A stretch of DNA of 64,000 bases, from the NCBI GenBank assembly GCA_038087875.1, contig CM075988.1, forward strand, positions 25,422,001 to 25,486,000, read 5' to 3'. The DNA is from Malacoraja senta (lineage: Eukaryota). The translations under genes and the position numbers were made by a program. The notes under the pieces are model-generated. The model saw nothing but the letters and a program-made list of their open reading frames with translations. It was not told where the DNA came from and searched no databases. Shown here piece by piece: positions 41,074 through 52,772 of this stretch (its first letter is position 1; every line of letters starts with the position of its first letter).

Positions 41074-42432
41074 TAAAATTCTGCCCTCACCATCATCTAT
41101 TGCAACAAGTGACGGCTCCCACTGATTGTCGCCGGAAGCTCGCGTCTTTTCAGGACGGAACGAGGTCAACATTTGAATCAAGATGGACTCGAAAAGAAGA
41201 AGTAGTCCTACTGGAAGATGTGACATGGCACTAGAATATTTGTAGGCACAGCCAATAAGGAACTAGGCCAAATTCAAATTGCAAATACAAATTAACATGG
41301 TAAACTTCTACATTGATTTCACGATTCAAAAATCACATCTAGGAGACACAGGAGTGGAGAGAAATCTATAGCTTTTAAGTAGCCGTCTAAAGATCGGTTT
41401 AGTGGTTTAGTGGTGGGATTCCAGAACCATGAGGTGTGTCAGTTAAGTGTGCAACTTGTCCCACTCGCCAATAAGGGAATGGACAGGAAGCCAAGGTTAC
41501 AGGCTGACTGAGTTCTCAACCAGAGGTAGACAAAAATGCTGGAGAAACTCAGCGGGTGAGGCAGCATCTCTGGAGAAAAGGAATAGGTGACGGTGGAGGC
41601 AGGTTCTCTGGATACTTTCATGAGAGAGCTAGATAGCGCTCTTAAAAATAGCAGAGTCAGGGGATATGTGGAGATGGCAGGAATGGGGTACTGATTGGGG
41701 ATGATCAGCCATGATCACATTGAATGGCGGTGCTGGCTCGAAGGGCCAAATGGCCTACTCCTACACCTATTGTCTATTGTGACATTTCGGGCCAACCTGC
41801 TGAGTTACTCCAGCTTTATGTGTCTATCTTCGGTTTAAATCGCTCGTTCCCTCCGACACAAGCAGAAAAAGCCAATGGAAGACGATGGGTGGAAATGAAA
41901 GCAAAGGTTAACTCTGACCACAAATGAGTAAGTGAGCACTTTTTGTTCTGCATCTCTGCAGCCCCCACAGTTGTTTCAGTAAGTCGGGGAGCTCCCTTCC
42001 TGCTGGGGACGACACTGCACTTCTGCTAACTGTGCGAGGAGTACGTAATGCAATGCCAGCAGATGACACAGCTGCAGGTGAGGCTAGGGCCAGGGCATTC
42101 ACGACAACATGCACCAACTTGTTCCGAGCAAGGGTCAGAGTGAAGCGTGTACAATGTCAAATGGATCTGTTTGAGGGGAGCAGAAATCAGGAACAAGGAA
42201 AAAGACCTCAAGCGAACAGCCACTTTGTTTAATGTGGGGTGAAGAGAATGGTCCAAATGTGACCCGACCAACCTACATCAAGACTTCCTGCCCCTGATAC
42301 TCAATGCCACCACCTATGAGAGCAAGCACATCATATGTCTTGTTGACCCACTCCCATCTACTCGTGTTGCCACTTTCAGGGAGTTATGGACTTAGACCCC
42401 AAGGTCTCCTTGTACATCATTGCTGTTAAAGG

Positions 42433-43055
42433 TTTAGTTTAGAGATACAGCGCAGAAACAGGCCCTTCGGCCCACCGAGTCCACGCCAGCCAGCGATCCC
42501 CGCACACTAGCACTAGGTATATTTTACAATCTTTACCGAAGCCAATTAACCAACAAACCTGTACTGTTTAGGAGTGTGGGAGGAAACCGGAGCACCCGGG
42601 AAAATCCCACACCGTCACGGGGACAAAGTACAAACTCCGCACAGATAGCACCTGTAATCAGAATCGAACCTGGGTCTCTGCTGCTATTAATTTTATATTT
42701 TCCCCATACATTCGACCTCCCAATGTGCATCTCCTCACACTTACTTAGAATAAGCTCCTTTTATTTAAGGCACAGAGGCGCAGCTGTAGAGTTGCTGCCC
42801 TCAAGCACAAGAAGCCCAGGTACGATGCTGAAAAGGGGTGCGGTTTGTATGGAGTTTGTACTTTCTCCCTGTGACAGCGTGAGTTTTCTCCAGTTTCCTC
42901 CCACATTCCAAAGATATGCAGGTTTGTAGGTTAATTGGCTGCTGTAAATTGTCTCCAGTGTGTAGGATGGAACTAGCGCACGGGGCGATCGCTGGTCAGC
43001 GCGCAGACTCGGTGGGCCGAAGGGCCCGTTTCCACTCTGTATCGCTAAACTAAAC
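42433..43055. mobile_element. divergent pair of V-SINEs (minus 42433-42682, plus 42768-43055)
   Basis: Two oppositely oriented copies about 85 bp apart. Confidence 0.8.
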
Positions 43056-43887
43056 ATCTAATTATTATGGATACTGCTGGCCTTCCCATTCAATGCTCGT
43101 GATCACTAAAAATAACTGGAATAATTGAGTGTGATGCGGAGGCAGTTTTCACTTCTTCTATTGCTGTGTTTTGAAGCAAGGGATAAAAAGACCCAAGTTG
43201 CGTTTAAATAGTAAACCTGCGACTGGTGGAATTCCCCGATCACTTTAAGGGCATTAAGTTAAAATGTCAGCAACGCTTGCATCCAGCAGTGGGAGAGTCT
43301 AGGGCCAGAGGGCACAGCCTCAGAATAAAAGGATGTACCTTTAGAAAAGTGATGAGGAGGAATTTCTTTGGTCAGAAGTTGATGAATCTGTGGAATTCTT
43401 TGCCACAGACGGCTGTGACGGTCATCAATGGATATCTTTAGGGAGGAGGTAAACAGATTCATGATGAGTACGGGTGTCAGGGGTTATGGGGAGAAGGCAG
43501 GAGAATGGGGTTGAGAGGGAACGATACATCAGCCACGATTGAATGGCGGAGTAGACTTGATGGGCCGAATGGCCTAATTCTGTTCCTGTGACTTAGGAAC
43601 ATGAGCTACAAAGGTGGCAAAGTGCTGTTTGCAGGATTCATAATGGTTTGCAGAATCCACAGAGATTCCCACTGTTCCTGGAGGAAGATCTCCCACGTTT
43701 AGACAAGGAACAAAACAGCAGCCTTCATTTAGAATCTCATCCTAGAGATAACCCCACAGCACCAGGCAGTGGGAGATTCAGAGTTTTGTCCTCAAATTGC
43801 CAGCGTGGGATTAGAACCGAGGTGACAATAAACGAAACAAACACAAACTACGGAGCTGCTTCATTCCTGCAGCAATTTGTTGTACGT

Positions 43888-43939
43888 GCTGAAGTCTCTG
43901 ATCGCTGAAGTCTCTGATCGCTGAAGTCTCTGATCGCTG
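43888..43939. repeat. perfect 16-bp triplication GCTGAAGTCTCTGATC
   Basis: Seen directly. Confidence 0.9.
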
Positions 43940-44911
43940 CTACCAAAGCCACAAGGTCCTGCAGGTTGGGGACTGAGTGGATATATTTAAGGCAGAGATT
44001 GACAGATTCTTGATTAGTACAGGTCAGGGGTTATGGGGAGAAGCCAGGAGAATGGGGTTAGGAGGGAGAGATAGATCAGCCACGATTGAATGGCGGAGTA
44101 GACTTAATGGGCTGAATGGCCTAATTCTGCTCCTGTCACTTATGACCTTATGACTGCATCCCGTGAATATGTCAACACTCCCGGATCATGGATAGATGCA
44201 ACTAATCATGTATTGTCTTTCCGCTGACTGGTTACCACGCAACAGGAGCTTTCCGCTGTACCTCGGAACAGGTGACAATAAACTAAACTTAACTGATCCT
44301 CATAAAGGAAATGACACTCTTTCCAAATTTCCTGTTGTCATGATGTCTCAAATACACAGAAGCCAACAATTCACATGCTGCCATTAACAAATAAAGGGAA
44401 TAAACACAGTGGTGCAGCAGGTAGAGCAGCTGCCTCATAGCACCAGGGACCCGGGCTCTGTCATGACCTCAGTTGCTGCCTGTGTGGAGTTTGCACGTTC
44501 TCCCTGTGACGGCGTGGGTTTCCTCTGGGTGCTCCGGTTTCCTCTCACATCCCAAAGAGGTGCAGGTTTGTAGGCTAATTGGCCCTCTGTAAATTGTCCC
44601 TAGTATGTTGTAGGGAGTGGATGAGAAAGTGGGATAACATGGAACTGGTGTGAATTGGTGATTGATGGTCAGCATGGATTTGGTGGGCTGAAGGTCATGT
44701 TTCCATGCTGTATCGCTGAATCAAACTAAACGCGAGACACTATATGTTAAAATGGAGAAGTTATACACAGATAATTGATCGTGTTACTTGAATTCTTAGA
44801 AAATTCCACTTGGCCAAAACTTTGCAGTGAGCATGAGATGGGATTTCAGTGAACCTTATTATTGAAACAGGTTTCACTAATGGACTCTCAAGAGTTGTCT
44901 GGGCTTTGTTA

Positions 44912-45270
44912 AGGGCCTGTCCCACTGTACGAGGTAAATCAAGAGTTCTCCCGAGTTTTCCCCTGATTCGAACTCGGAGAATGTCCGTAGCGGGTACGTA
45001 GGAGGTCGTGGATGTCACGTAGCTGCTCGTACGAGTAACGGTAGGTACTCCGGAACTCCGGTAAACTCGTGACATTTTTTCAACACTGTGAAAAATGTCC
45101 ACGAGTAAAATAAATACTCGTGATAAAAAAAATGTTTTACTTTTTACTCGTACGAGCCGCTAATAGACATCCACGAACTCCTCTTGACCAGCTACGGACA
45201 TTCTCCGAGTTCGAATCAGGGGAAAACTCGGGAGAACTCTTGAATTACCTCGTACAGTGGGACAGGCCTT
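44912..45270. mobile_element. PIF/Harbinger-like palindromic MITE
   Basis: Long inverted arms starting AGGGCCTGTCCCACTGTACGAGGTAA; TTA duplicated at 44909-44911 and 45271-45273. Confidence 0.85.
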
Positions 45271-46883
45271 TTACTTTCCCCCTATTTATGTCAGCACCTC
45301 TGCTCAACGTGAAATGGAACCGATATTTCCCAGAAGTGGTTCACAGGTAAATGATCCCAGCTCACTATCACATGGCCACCTGCAGCCTGGTACTTGGAGC
45401 AAAAGACTCTTAGTTCACTACATTTCCTCATTTTCAGACACTTCACCCTCCTGTACACCTCAAGCTTAACTTCAGCGCACTTTAGAAATTCCTGGCAGTA
45501 ACATTACATACCTGGACTCTGAGCAGAATCAACAATTAAGGAATTTATCCGACAGCGGGTTTGCTGAATTATATGGAACTAAAACACAAATGGCAAAGCC
45601 AAAAAATGCAGTCCAACCAACCCACGTTAGTGATTGACACAAAACCCTGGAGCAACTCAGCGGGTCAGGCAGCATCTCTGGAGAAATGGAATATGTGACG
45701 TTTCGGGTCAGAACCCTTCTTCCAACCCAAAACGCTACCCGTTCCTTCTCTCCAGTGATGCTGCCTGTCCCGCTGAATTCCTCCAGCATTTTGTGTCTAT
45801 ATTCGGTGTAAACCAGCATCTGCAGTTCCTTCCTACACTGTCCACGTCAGTGTTTATACTTTACCTGGATAAAGTCTTGATGCCATTTAACCATCCACCT
45901 CCTGCATCACTTTCACTTAACTCTTTGTGGGGTTGGTGAAAACGTTAATCCCTTGCGTACAGCAGCAAATTGACATAGATTAAACTCCACTGTTGTAAAT
46001 TAACAATTGTACTTATTAGTTATGTAAACGACAGAAGTTGTTGAGGCTGGAGGAAGAGGAGAATGAATACTTGTACGTGGCCAAAAGTGCCAGGGCAATG
46101 GCACAGCTGGTAGAGCCACCACTGCCTCACCGCGCCAGAGACCCGGGTTCAAACCTAACCTCTGGTGTGTCTGTGTAGACTTTGTACATTCCCCCTGTGA
46201 CCATGTGGGTTTCCTACGGGTGCTCTGGTTTCCCCCCCACATCCTAAAGATGGGCCTGTTTGTAGCTTAAAATGGCTTCTGGTAAACGTGGGCCCAGCAT
46301 GTCGGGGACAGATGAGAAAGTGAGATAAAATTAAGCTAGGGTGAACAGGTGATCGCTGATGGCATGGACATGGTGGCGGATGTGGACATGGTGGGCACAA
46401 GGGTCCGTTTCCATGCTGTGCATCTAAACTGAAGCCACTTGGCCCAGGAGAGTTTTAACCTTCCTCTGGAAACGTGGCCTAGATGAAACCATTTTAAAAC
46501 TGGACATCAAAGACGGACTCGCCCTAATTCAGGAGTGAGATGAAAGGAGGTGCCAGTGGTGATGGTGGCTTCTCCAGTCAGAATACAGGGCAGGCAATGA
46601 ATGCTCGACACAAGGCGAGACACCCAGGCAACTACAACAGCTTCTGAAGCCACCAGAATGACACACACCCATAACCTGCTGCTCCAAGAGCCATCTCCAA
46701 ACAACACAACATTGTCCCTAGGATCCATTAATCAACTGCACCTTTATCCCCATTCAATTACCATTTGTTTTTAAACTCGCAAAAATATGAAAAACACTTT
46801 GTTTTAAAATTACATCCCATTCATTTCTCCTTTGCCAACTGCTGACTCCTTCACACCTCGAGGCTCCATGACAAGCACAGAAC

Positions 46884-47467
46884 CAAAGATCCTATAGCGA
46901 GCAAGATAGTCCACTCGACGAAAAAGACGTAGTACGGTCATGGGCAGATTCATGGGTCATTTTCGGCCACTTTTCCGTAACCGGCTTCCGTCTCCGCACC
47001 AAAGATCCCGTAGCGGAGCAAAGATAACTAGTGCAGAGACGGAAGCCGGTTACGGAAAATCCTCGTAAAAATTAAAGATCTTTGGTAAAAATCTTCTCCT
47101 CATTTTCCTTCTGCCTCTCTATAAAAAGCAAAAAGATGCCTATGCTCCTTCCACGGCGTGTGGGAAGTCTGGCCCGGATCAGCACGGCTGGGACACCAGG
47201 GTAAAGTTGCGGGGAGGTTTGCAATGTATTTTTAACAGAATTGTAATTTATTAACATATTAATAGTGACAGAATTATGAACTATGAATCTAACACTATAA
47301 TCACACACACACACACACACAAACTGTTCCCCTGATTACACTGCGAGAGGGATATACAAAGTCGGGTCGGGTTACAGAAATGGCCCACGTTCCACTCCGG
47401 TGTGTACTACACGTCAGCCCATTGGATTTAACAGGAGTGGACCATCTTGCTCGCTATAGGATCTTTG
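46884..47467. mobile_element. non-autonomous DNA transposon (MITE), 33-bp TIR, 8-bp TSD; P or hAT superfamily
   Basis: TIR CAAAGATCCTATAGCGAGCAAGAT(A/G)GTCCACTC at 46884-46916 and 47435-47467 (one mismatch); perfect TSD CACAGAAC (46876-46883 / 47468-47475). Confidence 0.9.
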
Positions 47468-50400
47468 CACAGAACTAGGTCACGCTCACCTCAACATACA
47501 GGCTACCCAACATTTACAATCACCTCTCGTGAATATTTGGCAGGTTTTCCTACATGAAAGACACTATTGTACAGGCAGGTCATCGTAATTTGCACGCTGG
47601 CCTGAATGGGTTAATGGAAACAGTATGTTAGGCCTCATCAAGCTAAATACTCCTGCCCCAATCTATCCACTTACTCTCAGAATAAATAGCTCAGGACCAA
47701 CCTTCTGAATTTCTAGCACAAAGGTCAAATCGATTTGGGTCTTTAAAATGAAAGACGACCCTCCTCCTCTACAGTGAAATGATGGCTTTTGATTTTGTAG
47801 CAAATGGTTAAACACAAACTGTTGTAGGAGCCAGAGACAAGATTCCACGTGCTGGCATGAACAGGCTGACAACAACACAAGGCAATAGTGTTCACTGCTC
47901 TCAAGTTAGCGACTGGCATATGCTGCGATACGGTCATAAAGGAAGCCCTTTAACAATAAGGAGTAAGCCATTTAGAACGGAGACGAGGAAACACTTTTTC
48001 TCACAGAGAGTGGTGAGTCTGTGGAATTCTCTGCCTCAGAGGGTGGTGGAGGCAGGTTCTCTGGATGCTTTCAAGAGAGAGCTGGATAGGGCTCTTAAAA
48101 ATAGCGGAGTCAGGGGAGATGGGGAGAAGGCAGGAATGGGGTACTGATTGGGGATGATCAGCCATGAATGGCGGTGCTGGCTCGAAGGGCCAAATGGCCT
48201 ACTCCTGCATCTGTTGTCTATAACGCTTCTACTACCTTAGGAGATTGAGAAGATTCAGTACGTTGACAAATATGTCATAAAGGATAGTAGAATTAGGCCA
48301 TTCAGCCCATCAAGTCTACTCCGCCATTCAATCATAGCTGATCTATCTCTCCCCATTCTCCTGCCTTCTTGCCATAATCCCACACGCTCGTACTAATCAA
48401 GTATTGTCTTGAACTTCTACAGGTGTACACAGCAGAGAGCCCACGGCCTGGTTCAGCAACTTGAACGCCCAGGAATGTAGGAAAATACAAAAAGCGCTGA
48501 ATACTGCCCACTTTATCACAGGCAATGATTTTTTTAAACTTATTTATTGAACTTTCCTTTTGTTTAATGTACAAGTGAGAATTTTATTATTCCACTCCAG
48601 GCCATAGGACAATAAAACACTCTTGCCACTTGACATTCAAGGCTGCACACCAATATGTAGCAGGCCTGGGTAGCTCGACAGCTCCCTCCACAACTGATCC
48701 ATCACTCATCACACTGAAGATAGACACAAAATGCTGGAGTAACTCAGCGGGACAGGCAGCATCTCTGGAGGGAAGGAATGGGTGATGTTTCGGGTCGAGA
48801 CCCTTCTTCAGGCTGATGTCAGGGGGAGATGGAGATGCATAGGTAAGGAGGTGTGAGGTGTGAAAACCAGGACAAAGTTCTCCACTGCAAAAACGTATCA
48901 CCCCGTCTGCATCTCCAAATGCCTGGTCATTTGTACCACTGGCGTTTGTCTGATTGTGTCAAATACAAACTGCTGCTGCAATCCTGTGCCTTCAAACAAT
49001 GACTGCCCTTCAGAAGCCCATCATTAGTTATGAATGTCTGTATAGCAATTTGCCGAGTGTTTATCTGCCCTCCGCCCCCCCCCCCCCCCCAACAGAATGG
49101 GACAATTCAAAAACAGACACACAAAATTGTCCTCTGTTCAGCAGACTCAATGTGTGTTAAAAAAAAAGATTAACACTGGTACTGACTTTCGGTTAGGTTA
49201 GATACAGCGCAGAAACAGGCCCTTCGGCCCACCGAGTCCGCACCAACCAGCGATCACCCCTTACACTAGTTCTATCCTACACACCAAGGGACAATTTACA
49301 AAAGACAATTAAACTACAAACCTGCATGCCTTTGGGATGTGGGAGGAGACCGGAGCACCCGGAGGAAACCCACACAGTCACAGGGAGAACATGCAAACTC
49401 CGTGCAGACAGCACCCGTAGTCAGGATCGAACCTGGGTCTCTACCGCTGCGCCACTGTGCCTCTCCTCAAGTTTTTTCCTTTAACTTTGACTAATTGAAA
49501 TTCAACCATGACAAGTATTTGCAATAAAAGATATCAATAAAAGATAGCAAATTTCACACAACCCCTGCACTCCCTCCCCCACCCTAAAACCTTTCCGGGT
49601 ACCCATGCTAATACCTGTAATCGTGTATTTTTTAAGTACCTCTATACTCCGCCCCCCAATTCATCTCTGCAACTTAAGACTCCTGGGGAGGCAGGGGATG
49701 TCTGGGTTTCTCAGCACGAACATACAGCAGCTATTGTAAGGTTTTATATGGAGGTGGGAAGCCAGTGTACACTGTTCCATGTTCAGGCTCATGTCCGTCA
49801 GTGCTGCAGGCACAGTGTTGCCGCCAGAGTTACACGGCCACTGGGGAGAGGAATGGATGGAGGATTCTCATACACAATGCAAACAGGATGCACAGCTGAA
49901 CACCACTCAATGGCTTGCAAGGAAGTCGGCTCGGCCACATTTATCCTGAACTAGCAAGATAGGTGGGTGGGGGAAATAAACAGAGAGTATATGTTTTAAA
50001 TAACAGATTTCCACCAGAAAAAAAAATCCACACAAACTAAAACCAGCCTCTCGTGACTGGATCGGCCGAGTACATAGGTAGTCCAGAACAGGAACAGGCC
50101 CTTCGGCCCACAACACCCATGCTGAACATGGTGCCAAATAAAAACTAATCTCTTGGAGTCATAGAATGACAGAGTGTGGAAACAGGCCCCTCAGCCCAAC
50201 TTTCCCACACTTGCCAACATGTCCCAGCTACACTAGTCCCACCTGCCTGCGCTTGGTCCATATCCCTCCAAACCCGTCCTATCCATGTACCTGTCTAACT
50301 GTTTCTTAAACGTTGGGATAGTCCCAGCCTCAACTACCTCCTCTGGCAGCTCGTTCCATACACCCACCACCCTCTTCTGCCTGCAAGTATTTTTTTTTTT

Positions 50401-52479
50401 TTTTTTTAAATCCCTGAAATTATCCTCCTGGAGTTTTCCCACAACATCAATGAAAACACAAAGAAAGTTCTGCAGCAACCAGCAGTCAGTCTTCTCTAAA
50501 ATGTGTAGAAAGGAACTGCAGATGCAGGTTTAAACTTGTGCTGCCTTCTTCAGTGGAGTAGTCACCACAATGTATACACAGCCATACATATGAAATACAA
50601 TCACTCTGGAGAGGGCACAAAAAGTTGGAGTAACTCAGCGGGTCAGACAACATCTCTGGAGAATAGGAATATGTGACGTTTTGGGACGAGACCCTTCTTC
50701 AGACCCTCAGTCTCGCCTTTTCTTTTTCTCCAGAGACGTTATAAGTGATAGGAGTAGAATTAGGCCATTCGGCCCATCAAGTCTACTCCGCCATTCAACC
50801 ATGTTGGCTGACCCGGTGAGTTACTCCAGCTTTTTGTGTCCTCTCCAAAGCGATTGCATTTCAGATTGTAAGGCCGTGTATACATTGTGGTGACTACTCC
50901 ACCTAAGGAGGCACCCCAAGACAAGACCCTCAGCCAAGGTCCATGACAACACATGGACGATGCACTGGGGACAGCCCGCACTCACAAGCATCCTCAACAT
51001 AGGAAACCAACTCCAGATCCTGCACATGGTTCTTAATGGAGGTCAGGGCCCCATGAGAAGAAATATTGGTGAAGAACTGCAGATGCTGGTTTAAACTGAA
51101 GATAGACACAAAAGCTGGAGTATCTCACTGGTTCAGGCAGCAGTTATTGGGACAGGTGACTTTATCAAAAGGAGTTGAGAGCAATGAAATAATCAAATGA
51201 ATTAAACTTGAAAGCCTCAATCCATGTGGGAGCATGAAGCCACTGCACAAAGCGGTCACTAAACAGTCCTCACATCCTCGGTTGCCAGAGTAATCCAATG
51301 CCGTGGAGGTGTAGCAAGGGGAGGGGGACTGGGGACGGAGCCAGCAGATTTCTCTCCCCGTCATCACCGATCCGGTGATGGAACGAATGTACTGATCATG
51401 ACCGACTGAGCGGCAGCAGAGAGACACAATGCTGGATGGAGTAAGTCTGCGGGTCAGGCAGCCATCTCTGGAGAATATGAAAAGGTGCTGCCCCACTGAG
51501 TTACTCCAGCATTTTGTGTCCATCTTCCCCAGCCTGTAAAAGGCCATTATGGGCTCCACCCTTCCTTGGTCATTGGTTGCCGGCCCCTTGATTTGTTCTG
51601 GCCTGGGGTGGGGGGGAAGGTTCCCACTCTCCCCCCCATCTCCCCAAACTTTCAAAATCCAGAGTGCAACTCGTGTGTTGGCAACACAAGTTTTTGATAC
51701 ATCATTTTCAAAGCAGCAAGTTTGATCTGGTGAAACCATGGAAGTGATCTTCTATAAACACAAAATGCTGGAGTAACTCAGCGGGACAGGCAGCGTCTCT
51801 GGAGAGAAGGAATGGGTGACGTTTCAGTTCCGAAGAGGGTCTCGACCCGAAAATTCACCATTCCTTTTCTCCAGATTAATGCAAACTTGCCTTTCTTGCT
51901 GCTCTGAAAATGATGCATCAAAAACTTGTGTTGCCAACACACGAGTTGCACTCTGGATTTTAGGTGCGCCTACTTGGATTTCTCAGGACTTGTTGGCTCA
52001 ATGTTTGTATATGTAATAATATTCTTCAGGCTCTGGTTGGTAAAGCAGCTGTACAAGTCACCATTGCAATGTGGGAAAGACTCCCATATACAATTAACAA
52101 CATTCTATTTCACTGCTATCGCGACTTTCACATTCCTGTCAGCACATTTCAAGCTGTTTTATAATCAACATCATATCTCTAAAATATCGTCACCACTGCA
52201 AATGAACGGGCTAACTTGTGTGCACGATTATCCCAACAACTTAAAGATGGCAAAGACATCAGATGACCAGCTTTTATTTTATGGACCAGGGAATAAATAG
52301 CCTGGGCATTTGACAAAACACTCCAACTTTCTGGGAAATTGTACAGAAACTCCTCTCCATCTACGTGACAAGAGTGGTGAGCAATACGGGGACTGATTCG
52401 GTGTGTACATGAAGCTGTGGGTTAAATAAGCCAGAGAGTCAAGATGCTGCTGAACTATTGCTGATGAGCAGATGCTGCT

Positions 52480-52772
52480 AAATGGTCAGCTCGACATACA
52501 CCAAAACCAAACCTATTAGGAGCAGACGAGGGCATTTGCTCCAATTTGAGATACCAGCTACCAAGACAGGTGTACAGCAATTCATTCTTCCCCCGCACAA
52601 TTAAAGCATGAAATAGTCTTCACCCTACCATAGTTACCCAACGAGAAGCAACTAAATTTAAGATAGCTCTTCTTCTCAAGAATCCTTTTTTGCTTAAGTC
52701 CACCCTCCGCCACCTCCAGTTTAAATTCCATTTGGAATATTTTGGAGGACCAAGAACCAAGAACAAAGAAGA
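52480..52772 (+). mobile_element. L2/Crack-like LINE 3' fragment
   Basis: RSRRGH...FEIPATKT...NSFFPRTIKA(W)NSL remnant; (AAGAACC)n tail. Confidence 0.6.

Noticed and set aside
40749..41225. Solo LTR (TGTCAC...GTGACA) around the MITE
   Set aside because: No target-site duplication, PBS or PPT found; termini may be chance.
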